Assembly: GCA_018992565.1 (NCBI GenBank)
Contig: JACVGW010000005.1
Span: 1 to 64,000, forward strand
DNA length: 64,000 nt
From: Theionarchaea archaeon
GTDB lineage: Archaea > Methanobacteriota_B > Thermococci > Methanofastidiosales > SZ-28-30
Direction of reading: 5' to 3'
The notes beneath the pieces were generated by a model that had not been told where the DNA came from, ran no database searches, and saw only the letters and a program-made list of their open reading frames with translations. The position numbers and the translations under genes were made by a program. Below, piece by piece: positions 1-9,413 of this stretch; position 1 is the stretch's first letter, and each line of letters opens with the position of its first letter.

Positions 1-84
1 ACAACAGGTACATTGATTCTGCTCTTTCTGAAAACAGAGTAGAATTTAGACTATTGAGATTTTTGGGATCCGAGAGTCATAGTA

Positions 85-191
85 TGCCGGGGGCGGGATC
101 TGAACCCGCGACCTCTCGGTGTCTCAGGTGATGAATCCAATTTCCATGAGCTTATGAGCCGAGCGCTATAACCAGGCTAAGCCACCCCGGC
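85..191 (-). tRNA. tRNA-Met(CAT), probably elongator, with a 32-nt intron (121-152) at position 37/38
   Basis: Reverse complement folds as a cloverleaf: acceptor GCCGGGG/CCCCGGC, anticodon stem CTCGG/CCGAG, CAT at 156-154, T-arm GCGGG-TTCAGAT-CCCGC. Intron ends pair CTCA/TGAG as in a bulge-helix-bulge substrate. No encoded CCA. TATA-like TTATATAC at about 220-213. Confidence 0.95.
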
Positions 192-382
192 ATAGTATGT
201 CCTCCGACCTCATGTATATAAGGTTTTGCTCGGGAGACCAGGACCGTTTAGGGGTTCATTCTCTTATGGTTAAAGCTCTATATTCTCCTCTTTCTTCCAG
301 ATTTCACACCAGTATTCTGTTATCAACAATTCTCACGCAAGAATTGGAGTCCCCCGTTCCCCATTCCGTATTTTCAAGGTTT

Positions 383-1216
383 CTAGTGCTGAGAAACACG
401 GGCTTCATCCAGCAACCTCTTCAGGAGAGTCTCATCATCCAGGAGAGCCAAAAAAATACTGGATGCCACCAGGTCTGCTGTAGTCCCGGGATTAATACCT
501 TCTCTGTGCAGGTAGGCGTCCCAATCCTTCAAATCCTCAGCAGAATGTATAGTGGCCGCATCAGAGCTGACTCTTTCTGCTATTTCTCTTCCTTGTTTTC
601 TCTGGATCAGTGAATCAGGGTACTCCCTCAGTATGCTCATGTATACCTCCAGAACAGAATCACCCTCAACTAGTCTTCTTGCACCAGAAAAGGTAAGTGG
701 AAACCCTGTTACCCATTCCAGTGCTATCCTGTCCCATGAAGAAGATAATGAAAACAAATCAGCCAGCGTCAGCCCCTTCCTGTGAATTTCAACCGCAACC
801 TGTTCATTTCTCATGTCAGGGCCCTTCGGGGGAGTTCCCAGGTATGCGCTAGAAATTTTGAGAGCCTCCGCCACTTCCACAGCATCCTCCACGGTAGTGG
901 TGCGGACGAGTGTATCCAGAGCCTGGCCTATGTTTCTATGATTCACAGAAGCTGCAATAGCAAGTGGAATATGGAGAAGGATAATCCCTAAATTCGTGTT
1001 AGAAGGGACTACTCTTGCCCTTTCGGCGACCGCGTCTCTTATTGACTTTCCCAGGCGTATATCATTCTGGTTCAGCACGTTCCGGATGCTCTTTCCCAGG
1101 AGGAGAGCACTCACCATAAAATCCAGAAACTCCTCCTGTCTCGAATGCACGTTTCCTGGCTTGAAGGTTCCGGCTTCAATGATACACGCATATTCAGAAG
1201 CTTCCCAGATCTTCAT
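383..1216 (-). CDS. citG: Triphosphoribosyl-dephospho-CoA synthase family protein (archaeal CitG-like)
   Basis: Motifs KPGNVH, NTNLGIILL and GINPGTTADL. Confidence 0.8.
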   Translation of the reverse strand: MKIWEASEYACIIEAGTFKPGNVHSRQEEFLDFMVSALLLGKSIRNVLNQNDIRLGKSIRDAVAERARVVPSNTNLGIILLHIPLAIAASVNHRNIGQALDTLVRTTTVEDAVEVAEALKISSAYLGTPPKGPDMRNEQVAVEIHRKGLTLADLFSLSSSWDRIALEWVTGFPLTFSGARRLVEGDSVLEVYMSILREYPDSLIQRKQGREIAERVSSDAATIHSAEDLKDWDAYLHREGINPGTTADLVASSIFLALLDDETLLKRLLDEARVSQH

Positions 1217-1350
1217 GAATTCTCATGTGATATCGCTTTTTAAAAGTAGAGGTTCTGATAGAATCTTTACTGAATAGCTGATCAGTGCTCGCATGCATAT
1301 AAGACTACACATTGTGTTCCATGCCATTATTCACATTATCGCCCATTACA

Positions 1351-1480
1351 CTCCCACAGCGGTCTCACGTGAGCCAATGCAGGAGGCGGTGGCGGACGCC
1401 TTACTTTTCCTGGCGGAACACCCCGGTGGCTCTTAAGCCTCTCTTTGAGCATGGATTGACGTCCGAGTCGGCACACGGAG
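1351..1480 (-). ncRNA. Candidate structured RNA of unknown family
   Basis: GC-rich intergenic island with nested helices whose G-U pairs favour the minus strand (see findings). Confidence 0.35.
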
Positions 1481-1496
1481 TTGATATTCATTCTTC

Positions 1497-2435
1497 TCAC
1501 ACGTAATTGATAACCACAAACAACATGTACAATCCTAGGAACACAATTCCCTGCCACCTTCTCAACTGGTACCCTCGACTCATGAACCCCAACAGGAGCA
1601 GGGTGACTCCCATCATCATGGGTATATTGAAATAGAGTAGGTTTCTGTCCAATGTCAGAGGCCTCACCAGAGCAGAGACCCCAATAACCCACACGATATT
1701 GAGCGTATTAGCGCCGAGGATATTTCCAACAGATATTTCCTCAAAGTCCTCTTTCAGAGCTCTCAGTGCCACTGCAAATTCAGGCAGTGAGGTCCCTAAT
1801 GCCACAATTGTGGCCCCTATGGCTGATTCATGTACCTGCAATGCAACAGCGATATTCAGAGCGGACTGAACCAGATACCGTGCTCCAATAAAGACAGCAG
1901 CTCCTCCTCCAGCAAACTTCACCAGAGTCTTCCACATGGGTTCCTTTGGCACTTCCTTCAACTCAATAGAGACTTCCTTCACTTCTCGTCGAGTATGTTT
2001 CTCCCTGCTGAGGGCAATCAGGTACACCAAGAATAACGTCAGAAGGAGCCCACCTTCCGGACGGGACACACCATCGAGACAGAGAACCACGAATAACGTG
2101 CACACCAGCAAGAGCATTGAGCCATACCGTTTCAATACTACAGGTTCGACCTTATATCCTTCAATAATCATGCACGTCCCCAGGATTAATGAAATATTTG
2201 TTATATTACTTCCTACTGCGTTTCCTACACATATGCCACCGGATCCCAGATGGGAAGCCATGACAGAAGCCATGAATTCCGGCAGGGTGGTACTGACTGA
2301 CACAAGAGTCAGTCCTATGACCAGGTCGGAGACTCCTATGCGTCTGGCGATTTCTGCTGCAGCTTCAACAAAATACTCGCTGCCTTTCCACAGGAAGAAA
2401 AATCCGATAGCGATAATCATGATGTCCAGGATCAT
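1497..2435 (-). CDS. Ca2+/Na+ antiporter (CaCA superfamily, YrbG/NCX_Mj type)
   Basis: About 10 hydrophobic segments; alpha repeats SVSTTLPE...GNAVGSN and ALGTSLPE...GNILGAN. Confidence 0.9.
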   Translation of the reverse strand: MILDIMIIAIGFFFLWKGSEYFVEAAAEIARRIGVSDLVIGLTLVSVSTTLPEFMASVMASHLGSGGICVGNAVGSNITNISLILGTCMIIEGYKVEPVVLKRYGSMLLLVCTLFVVLCLDGVSRPEGGLLLTLFLVYLIALSREKHTRREVKEVSIELKEVPKEPMWKTLVKFAGGGAAVFIGARYLVQSALNIAVALQVHESAIGATIVALGTSLPEFAVALRALKEDFEEISVGNILGANTLNIVWVIGVSALVRPLTLDRNLLYFNIPMMMGVTLLLLGFMSRGYQLRRWQGIVFLGLYMLFVVINYV

Positions 2436-2466
2436 GAATCTACCACTGAGGCGAGAATAAAAAGGT

Positions 2467-3198
2467 TTAGGGTTTCCGTGCCTGGGTGACCAGAAGGTCA
2501 GTAATGTCCTCTGAATAGGAAAAACCGCCGAACTGATTCTTGATTTCGAAGCCAGCCTTTTCCAGCAAGAGCTCGATTTCTCGTCTGGTGATGAGACCTA
2601 CCGTAGAGGATTCCATCACTCTTTCTATCAGGATATTGGCTTCATATACCTCAAAGATCAGAATAGTGTGGAGCACCTGATGTACTGTATCTGAACGATT
2701 GGAAATCCACCGTAAAACAGTCCTCTCCCCCATAGGCTGCTTTCCAGCAGGTCTGAGAGCACTATCATATCTTGAGGACGGGAGTATTATGTCAAATGCA
2801 AAGATCTCACCCCTTTCCAGGTGGTCATACACACAGCGAAGTGTTTTCATCTGATCTTCAGTTGTGACGCAGTGGCTCAAGGTCGAAGAAGGCATATACA
2901 CCAGCGGGAATTCCCAGCCGAGATCAAAAGAGGTCATTTCTCCTTGCATGATCCTGATTTTCTCTTGTGTACGAGCTGGTAGTCTCTTGATGTTGGATTC
3001 TGCAATGTTCAACATAGCAGGAGAATTGTCAATTCCCCATACCTCAACATCCACCCTTGCCAGCTCAAGAGCTACCCGTCCAGTTCCGACTCCAATTTCC
3101 AGAGCAGTCCCAGCTTTTTCTCCCAATTGTCTGTAATATTCGATATCTGGCTTCTCTCCAAAAAGACCATACTACTGTGCAGATGTTTCATAATCCAT
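2467..3198 (-). pseudogene. Class I SAM-dependent methyltransferase with an in-frame TAG at codon 9 (pseudogene, base error or read-through)
   Basis: Motif I LEIGVGTGRVA. The frame extends upstream to ATG 3198 (MDYETSAQ*YGLFGEKPDIEYY), which lies about 24 nt after a BRE/TATA (GAAAAAGG TTTTTATC). TAG at 3174-3172. Confidence 0.65.
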
Positions 3199-3239
3199 GA
3201 ATGTTCTACAGAATGGAGATAAAAACCTTTTTCCTCCAT

Positions 3240-3494
3240 TCACCTGCTCCGTGGCAGTCCTTCTGTAAGCAGCTCGCCCCTCTCCTCACTTTCCCTTTCT
3301 GCTAACAACTTGATCTTCTCTCTCAAAAGCTCTCGAATGTCTCTGTACTGTATTATGTCCCGCACTTTCTCTCTGATTCTCTGCCGCAGCGATATGAATC
3401 CCTCATAACTGGAGGAATCCAATGGTTTGTAACATCTCCAGCAGAAATCCGCCTTCTCAGAGTTTAAGGCGGCGCAGTGAGGACAGTTCTTCAT
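3240..3494 (-). CDS. Small zinc-ribbon protein
   Basis: CPHC...CWRC at the N-terminus, charged helical tail, GGAGA SD. Confidence 0.7.
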   Translation of the reverse strand: MKNCPHCAALNSEKADFCWRCYKPLDSSSYEGFISLRQRIREKVRDIIQYRDIRELLREKIKLLAERESEERGELLTEGLPRSR

Positions 3495-3524
3495 GGTGGT
3501 ATCTTCTCCTTTGAGCATAAAAAC

Positions 3525-3725
3525 CTACTGTTCTCTTTTTACAATTACCGCAACGTACGTAAAGAACCCTGCGATAAGTCCAACCATTAACCCCAAGGCT
3601 CCGCCAAAATCTCCATCAATCCACTCTCCAATCTTCATCCCGATAATTCCCATTATCAGCGTGGAAGCTGCCAGCTGCAGAGGGACGGAGAGATGGGAAA
3701 ATTCAGGCAGTTCAATCCTGTTCAT
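3525..3725 (-). CDS. Small two-TM membrane protein (AtpZ/AtpI-like)
   Basis: Two hydrophobic helices around GEWIDG; overlaps the end of the USP gene. Confidence 0.6.
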   Translation of the reverse strand: MNRIELPEFSHLSVPLQLAASTLIMGIIGMKIGEWIDGDFGGALGLMVGLIAGFFTYVAVIVKREQ

Positions 3726-4161
3726 TTTCTCGAGCTCTCACCACCAGAACAGGGGCTGGGGCATGTCTCACCACTTTCTCAGCAACACTTCCCAGTAAGA
3801 GGTGAGATAATCCTGTCCTGCCCAGTGTGCCCACCACTACCAGGTCGAAGTCTTTTGCATGGTCAATGATCTCCTGGGCAGGGTGCCCCTCTTCAACCAT
3901 GGGATATACGTCAACCCCCATTTCTTTTCCTTTTTGGACAACTCTGTCCACTATTCTCCTTCCCTCTTCCATGAGTTCGTCTTTTTGCCCTTCCAGGAGC
4001 AGCGAAGGAGGGCTCCCAATAGACTTCGCAGGATGCACCACTTCAACCACATACAAGGTAGTGACTGATGCATTTGATCTCTTAGCGAGCATCAACCCAT
4101 GGGTTTCAGCTCTTTCCGAATGCTCAGACCCATCCGTGGCAATCAAAATCTTCTTGTACAT
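3712..4161 (-). CDS. Universal stress protein
   Basis: MYKKILIATDGS...DLVVVGTLGRTGLSHLLLGSVAEKVVRHAPAPVLVVR. Confidence 0.92.
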   Translation of the reverse strand: MYKKILIATDGSEHSERAETHGLMLAKRSNASVTTLYVVEVVHPAKSIGSPPSLLLEGQKDELMEEGRRIVDRVVQKGKEMGVDVYPMVEEGHPAQEIIDHAKDFDLVVVGTLGRTGLSHLLLGSVAEKVVRHAPAPVLVVRARENEQD

Positions 4162-4341
4162 CACTCTCTTCTTTTGAATAGAACATATATATTTTTGCAT
4201 GATTAGACCCATACAATCGCTTACATTTGTAAATGGTAACGGATTTCCATCCTGATAGACTGCCAGAACCCAAGCACGTAGAACCTGGGAATAAAACCAG
4301 TGCCTGAGAGACCGAGATGAGGGGTATGACTCCTGTCCCAT

Positions 4342-5040
4342 TCACTGAAGGGTAACCAGGGTAAAAAAGTTGTCACCTTTCACGAGGTCTGTGTCACCCA
4401 CACTGATTACCATGAAAATCCCACAGATTGAGGCCCCGCTTTTCTCTGCCAGGTTAATCAGAGCTCTCTGAGTCTCCCCTGATCTCAGAACGTCATCTAC
4501 AATGAGGACTTTTTCATTCTTCTGGATTGCATCTTTGGGAAGGTACAGGGACATGAGGTTCCCTGAGGAACTGGGCACGTAGGTTTCTTCAATATAGTCA
4601 GTGACTCCCACTTCTCTATTCTTCCTGGCATAGACAGCATCAACTCCCAGCCGGACTGCAATACTGCAGGCTACCGGGATTCCATCTGTTTCTGAGGTCA
4701 GAATCTTCTCCGCTTCTTGAAATCGTTCTGCCACCTGTTCTGCGATTTCTACAAGCAAGAGAGTGTCATAAAGAATAGAAGAATTGTCAAAATATCCCTC
4801 ACGATCACAATGGATCCTATTTTTTATTTCCTGCTCTAGATTGTAATATTTCTTAAAATGAGTGACGAATTCTCTTGCTCTCTCTTCATTGGGGAGGACT
4901 CTACCCATGATATACCGATTGAGGACAGTGGCAGGCAGCCCAAACAGTTCACCCAGTTGGGCATACGTGTACTTCTGTTTGAGCATCTGGAGATATTCCA
5001 CCGAACGTATCCTCAACTTCATGCTCTCCACCATGTTCAT
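4342..5040 (-). CDS. HTH-fused type I phosphoribosyltransferase (archaeal PurR-like regulator/APRT family)
   Basis: N-terminal HTH (YTYAQLGELFGLPATVLNRYIMGRVLP) and PRPP-binding loop VLIVDDVLRSGETQ. Confidence 0.82.
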   Translation of the reverse strand: MNMVESMKLRIRSVEYLQMLKQKYTYAQLGELFGLPATVLNRYIMGRVLPNEERAREFVTHFKKYYNLEQEIKNRIHCDREGYFDNSSILYDTLLLVEIAEQVAERFQEAEKILTSETDGIPVACSIAVRLGVDAVYARKNREVGVTDYIEETYVPSSSGNLMSLYLPKDAIQKNEKVLIVDDVLRSGETQRALINLAEKSGASICGIFMVISVGDTDLVKGDNFFTLVTLQ

Positions 5041-5061
5041 AACCACAGACATGTCAATTAT

Positions 5062-5076
5062 CTTTATAAGCTTTCT
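5062..5076. promoter_or_regulatory. Near-palindromic TATA box (CTTTATAAG) shared by two divergent, probably leaderless genes
   Basis: About 22 nt from ATG 5040 (-) and ATG 5093 (+); BRE-like GAGAAAG on the minus side. Confidence 0.55.
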
Positions 5077-5092
5077 CCTTATTGATGCATAT

Positions 5093-6595
5093 ATGCTCGC
5101 TGTGATTGACTTTGGCAGCCAGTACACCCATTTGATTGCCAGGCGGATCCGCCAGCTCAATGTGTATTCAGAGATATTCCCGTTCTACCAGGATATTTCA
5201 GATGCTGATGTGGACGCAGTCATCCTCTCCGGGGGACCCTCCAGTGTCTACCGGGACAATGCACCACGGAATAATGCTCTCCTGGATTGGTTGTACACTG
5301 AGAACATTCCCACTTTGGGGATCTGTTATGGGCTGCATTTGATTGCACATCACTTTGGAGGGAAGGTGGTACAGGGAAAAGAGAAGGAGTACGGGACAGC
5401 TGACGCCTTTGTTGAAGATGATCCTCTCTTCAAGGGGCTGGATAGAGTACAGAAGGTGTGGATGAGCCACGGGGACAGAGTGGAAGCGCTGCCTCCTGGA
5501 TTTTCAAGGATTGCATCCACGGAGAACAGTGAATATGCTGCATTCCGCCGTAATTCCATGTATGCAGTGCAGTGGCATCCTGAAGTTCACCATACAGAGC
5601 ATGGCATGACAATGCTGTCGAATTTTCTGGACATTGCAGAAGCAAAGAGAGACTGGCATCTGGAAGATTTTACTGAGCACGCAGTGCGAGAGCTCAAAGA
5701 GAAGATCCAAGGAAATGCACTCATTGGGTTAAGCGGAGGTGTTGACTCCAGCGTAGCTGCCGCTCTGGTGAGCAGAGCCATAGGTACACGGTTGACAGCA
5801 GTTTTCGTGGATCATGGATTGCTACCAGAAGGGGAAGTGGAGCATGTGAAAACCTGGTTTGAAGGGAAAGTCACCTTGAAAGTCATATCTGCCAAAGACA
5901 GGTTCTTCTCAAAGCTGAAAGGAGTCCTCGATCCCGAAGAGAAACGGAGAGTGATAGGAGAAGAGTTTATTCGGGTATTTGAAGAAGAAGCTCGAAAAGT
6001 GAAAGCCACTACACTGGTGCAGGGGACCATTTATCCTGACAGGATCGAAAGTGGAGTCACGCAACATGCAGATGTCATCAAGTCACACCACAATGTAGGA
6101 GCATTACCTGAGGTCATGGAATTCGAACAGGTGGTGGAGCCACTGCAGGACCTGTACAAGGACGAAGTCCGTGAAGTTGGAAAGACACTGGGACTGCCTG
6201 ATGAGATACTGGGAAAACATCCTTTTCCAGGTCCGGGCCTGGCAGTGAGAGTACTAGGAGAGGTAAATGACCAGTCTATTACCATGTGCAGGAAGGCATG
6301 CACAATTGTGGAAGATGAATTGAAAGCTGCAGGACTCTACAATGACGTCTGGCAGGGATTTGCTGTCTTGTTTGAGGATAAGGTTGTGGGCGTAGTGGGA
6401 GATGAACGGAACCTGGGAAACGTGGTGGGTATACGGATTGTGCAATCGCTGGATGCTATGACCGCCAATTTTGTGAAAGTTGATTGGGATATACTGGAGA
6501 AAATGTCTACCCGGATAACAAATGAGATTCCAGGTGTGGTATCAGTAGCATATTTTATATCGCACAAACCCCCTCAGACTATTGAACCATTATAG
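5093..6595 (+). CDS. guaA: GMP synthase, fused GATase + ATP-pyrophosphatase
   Basis: IDFGSQY, LGICYG, QWHPEV, LSGGVDS, IKSHHNVG, HPFPGPGL, KPPQTIE. Confidence 0.96.
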   Translation: MLAVIDFGSQYTHLIARRIRQLNVYSEIFPFYQDISDADVDAVILSGGPSSVYRDNAPRNNALLDWLYTENIPTLGICYGLHLIAHHFGGKVVQGKEKEYGTADAFVEDDPLFKGLDRVQKVWMSHGDRVEALPPGFSRIASTENSEYAAFRRNSMYAVQWHPEVHHTEHGMTMLSNFLDIAEAKRDWHLEDFTEHAVRELKEKIQGNALIGLSGGVDSSVAAALVSRAIGTRLTAVFVDHGLLPEGEVEHVKTWFEGKVTLKVISAKDRFFSKLKGVLDPEEKRRVIGEEFIRVFEEEARKVKATTLVQGTIYPDRIESGVTQHADVIKSHHNVGALPEVMEFEQVVEPLQDLYKDEVREVGKTLGLPDEILGKHPFPGPGLAVRVLGEVNDQSITMCRKACTIVEDELKAAGLYNDVWQGFAVLFEDKVVGVVGDERNLGNVVGIRIVQSLDAMTANFVKVDWDILEKMSTRITNEIPGVVSVAYFISHKPPQTIEPL

Positions 6596-6866
6596 TACTA
6601 CTGGAGAATCAAGAACGTTTGTGAGAGTGGCCTCTTTCAATGCACTTTTTCCCCGTGGTGGTCTGACTATACGTTCCTGCTGGATCATGGAGTGCAATGA
6701 TTTCATGGCTTTTCTGTTCTTTTCTTCATGATGTGCTCTCTGGTGCATCCCTGTACTGTTAATGTTCCCCAGAAATATTGCCTACCTGGCACAGCACCTT
6801 AGGGGACATCAGCCAGTACAAACCTTTAAATAACACAAAACCCTCTCAGACTCAACTGGTGGTGGA

Positions 6867-7601
6867 ATGTTTCGCGCAAAACTGGAAGCCAAAACGTGGA
6901 AAAAGATAATCAATGCTCTGGCTAGCATCATAGAGGAAGTATCTATTGAGGCTACGCCAGAGGGCATCAAATTTACTGCTATGGATCCTTCTCATATCAG
7001 CATGGTGGATTTCCACATGGGGAAGGAACATTTCGAAGAGTATGAAGTCAGCGAGGAGACCTCCCTGGGACTGGATGTTGATGAGAACAGAAAGATTATC
7101 AATCGTTCACGACCGGATGATGTTCTCACAGTGGAAGCGGATGAAACCCGGATGACTCTCACTTTTCAAAGGGCAGATGGGGAAACAGTCCGTCGATTTG
7201 AGCTCCCCCTGATTGACGTCATTGGTGGTGAAAAATACAAAGTACCCCACCTGGATACTACAGTCAAGATTAGACTTCCTTCTTTTGTGTTTGATGATTC
7301 CATAAAAGATGCGTATATTATTGCCGACAATGTCACCTTCAAGGCTGATCCTGATGTGTTCGTGGTGAAAGCAGAAGGTGATTCAGGCAGCATACAGACA
7401 GAGATCAAGGAGTGGTTGGAGTATGAGGTATCAGAACCGGCCCTGTCCACGTACAACCTCAGCTATCTGACTGATGTTGCAAAGTCAGTTGAAGATGAAG
7501 TGACTCTGGATCTGGGTAATGATATGCCTCTCAAGATAGCTTTCACTCTGGATGGTGCTGAAATCCTGTTTATCCTGGCCCCCCGGGTAGAACGAGAGTA
7601 A
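6867..7601 (+). CDS. pcn: PCNA sliding clamp
   Basis: AMDPSHISMVD; C-terminal FILAPRVE. Confidence 0.95.
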   Translation: MFRAKLEAKTWKKIINALASIIEEVSIEATPEGIKFTAMDPSHISMVDFHMGKEHFEEYEVSEETSLGLDVDENRKIINRSRPDDVLTVEADETRMTLTFQRADGETVRRFELPLIDVIGGEKYKVPHLDTTVKIRLPSFVFDDSIKDAYIIADNVTFKADPDVFVVKAEGDSGSIQTEIKEWLEYEVSEPALSTYNLSYLTDVAKSVEDEVTLDLGNDMPLKIAFTLDGAEILFILAPRVERE

Positions 7602-7602
7602 T

Positions 7603-8070
7603 ATGCTGAAATTATTGGAAGAGAAACTTCGAAAGGAACGGGAAACTGGTGAATTGTCTTCACTGGATGATGATTTTTTTCTCGGGATTCGAGAACATAT
7701 GGCAGACCTGGAATCCCGCACTGATCTCATTTCTGCTCAGAAGCTTCGCTTGATGCAGCAGGTCCTGGAAGAATTGGTTGATCTGAGGGCTGAAAAAATA
7801 TTCCATGGACGACGAAAAAACATGCTGCAGGCAGAATCTACCCTGGCTGAATATGCTTCCACATTCAAAAAGTTTAAAAAGGATGTATTGGAATCTTTAC
7901 TCCAGAAGGAAGGTACTGCCCAGAAGGTAATGGTCCTTCAGGATATTCCTCAATTCTACGGACCAGACCTGAGAGTCCTGGGACCGTACAAGAAAGGTGA
8001 AAAAGTACTTCTAGATGAGACAATAGCAACCCTTTTAAAAGAGAAAGGGTTGATCGAACAGGTGATCTGA
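7603..8070 (+). CDS. GINS15 (Gins51) replication factor
   Basis: Helical A domain (LVDLRAEKI) plus B domain QDIPQFYGPDLRVLGPYKKGE; conserved position between pcn and rpl44e. Confidence 0.8.
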   Translation: MLKLLEEKLRKERETGELSSLDDDFFLGIREHMADLESRTDLISAQKLRLMQQVLEELVDLRAEKIFHGRRKNMLQAESTLAEYASTFKKFKKDVLESLLQKEGTAQKVMVLQDIPQFYGPDLRVLGPYKKGEKVLLDETIATLLKEKGLIEQVI

Positions 8071-8342
8071 TGAAAATGCCCAAGACACGCAGGACATACT
8101 GTAAATGGTGCAAGAAGCATACTGTCCATAAAATCAAAGTAGTGAAGAAAAGGAAACGGGGTGAGCTGAAACAGGGTCAGAGACGATTCCGCCGCATAGA
8201 AAAGGGATATGGTGGATACCCCAGAGCCAAGCCCCAGGGTGAAAAACCCACCCGACGACACGATTTGCGGTACACCTGCAAGGAATGCAATAGATCTTCA
8301 ACGAAGAAAGGATTCCGTACCAAGCGACTGGATTTCGAGTAG
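8070..8342 (+). CDS. rpl44e: 50S ribosomal protein L44e
   Basis: [13 protein letters not shown]...GYGGYP...CKEC. Confidence 0.96.
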   Translation: MKMPKTRRTYCKWCKKHTVHKIKVVKKRKRGELKQGQRRFRRIEKGYGGYPRAKPQGEKPTRRHDLRYTCKECNRSSTKKGFRTKRLDFE

Positions 8343-8350
8343 GTGATTTA

Positions 8351-8515
8351 ATGTCAAAATTCTTGAGGATAAAATGTGAGGATTGTGGTAATGAACAGGT
8401 AATCTTTAATCGGCCTGCTTCCGTTGTGCGCTGCCTGGTGTGTGGCAAGACAGTAGAAGAACCCAAAGGTGGGAAAGGTCTGGTAAAGACTCGCATACTT
8501 GAGGTATTGGAATGA
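8351..8515 (+). CDS. rps27e: 30S ribosomal protein S27e (54 aa, absent from the ORF track)
   Basis: [55 protein letters not shown] overlap with aIF2a. Confidence 0.96.
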   Translation: MSKFLRIKCEDCGNEQVIFNRPASVVRCLVCGKTVEEPKGGKGLVKTRILEVLE

Positions 8516-9267
8516 GTAAGAAAGAGTACCCAGAAGTTGGAGAACTGGTCATAGGAAACGTCACTGATGTCTTCCCCTATGGCGCATTTGTCAAGCTGGA
8601 TGAATATGACAAGGTAGGAATGATTCACATTAAGGAGATTTCCTCCGCCTGGGTTAAAAACATCCGTAACCACGTCAGAGAAGGCCAGAAGGTGGTAACC
8701 AAGGTACTGAAGGTGGTCCCCACGAAAGGCCACATCGACCTATCACTGAGGAGGACCACGGCCCAGCAGCGTAAATGGAAGATCCAGCAGTACAAACGGG
8801 AGAAGAAAGTGGAGAAACTTCTGGAATACTACCAAAAAGAGAGTGGGCTGAATGCAGAAGAGTTGGAAACGAACATTCTTGAACCTATGCGAAAGGAATT
8901 TGAATCCGTCCTGGAAGGAATGGAAGCCATTGTGAGGGATAAGACCCTGCTGTCCATTATTCCTGAAGCGTGTAGAGATAGTTTTTTTGAACTGCTGACA
9001 GCCAACGTGGAGGTCCCCACAGTGGAGATTACAGGATATCTGGATGTCACCTGTCCTCAGCGCAATGGGGTGGAGATCATCAAAGAAGCATTGATGGCAG
9101 CAGAGGACGACGGGGTGACTGTTCAACTTGTGGGTACTCCCCGATATATGATAAAGATAGAAGCAGAAGAATACAAGGTAGCGGAGGATATTCTGAAGAA
9201 TATATCTGAAAGTGTCACCTCATCTGTGGAAGAACATGGCGGCGAGGTGAAATTCACTCGAAAATGA
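8512..9267 (+). CDS. eif2a: Translation initiation factor aIF2 alpha
   Basis: S1 domain [10 protein letters not shown]...WVKNIR...[10 protein letters not shown]-terminal GTPRY. Confidence 0.95.
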   Translation: MSKKEYPEVGELVIGNVTDVFPYGAFVKLDEYDKVGMIHIKEISSAWVKNIRNHVREGQKVVTKVLKVVPTKGHIDLSLRRTTAQQRKWKIQQYKREKKVEKLLEYYQKESGLNAEELETNILEPMRKEFESVLEGMEAIVRDKTLLSIIPEACRDSFFELLTANVEVPTVEITGYLDVTCPQRNGVEIIKEALMAAEDDGVTVQLVGTPRYMIKIEAEEYKVAEDILKNISESVTSSVEEHGGEVKFTRK

Positions 9268-9413
9268 AACTGAAGAAATGTACTGTCTGCGGCACATATA
9301 CGTTGAAAGATGTCTGTGCATGTGGAGGGAGAGCCGATACGGTGAAACCTCCCCGATTTTCACCAGAAGACAAGTATGGAGAATACAGACGAAAACTTAA
9401 AAGAGGTGAATAG
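9264..9413 (+). CDS. nop10: H/ACA RNP protein Nop10 (49 aa, absent from the ORF track)
   Basis: [22 protein letters not shown]...PPRFSPEDKYGEYRRKLK. Confidence 0.95.
   Translation: MKLKKCTVCGTYTLKDVCACGGRADTVKPPRFSPEDKYGEYRRKLKRGE

Noticed and set aside
1351..1480. Assignment to the yybP-ykoY or ykkC riboswitch, tRNA-Sec or an H/ACA RNA
   Set aside because: Only fragments match (CGUCAAU, GAGACC). The 5' GGGGAGUAG of yybP is absent, there is no cloverleaf or ACA box, and the element lies downstream of the transporter.
3172..3174. Genome-wide TAG reassignment to pyrrolysine
   Set aside because: TAG ends conserved genes at their expected lengths (guaA, rpl44e, nop10, pop5), and no pyl genes are in the window.
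6596..6750. Possible 52-aa minus-strand ORF between guaA and pcn
   Set aside because: No convincing SD, promoter or recognisable motif.
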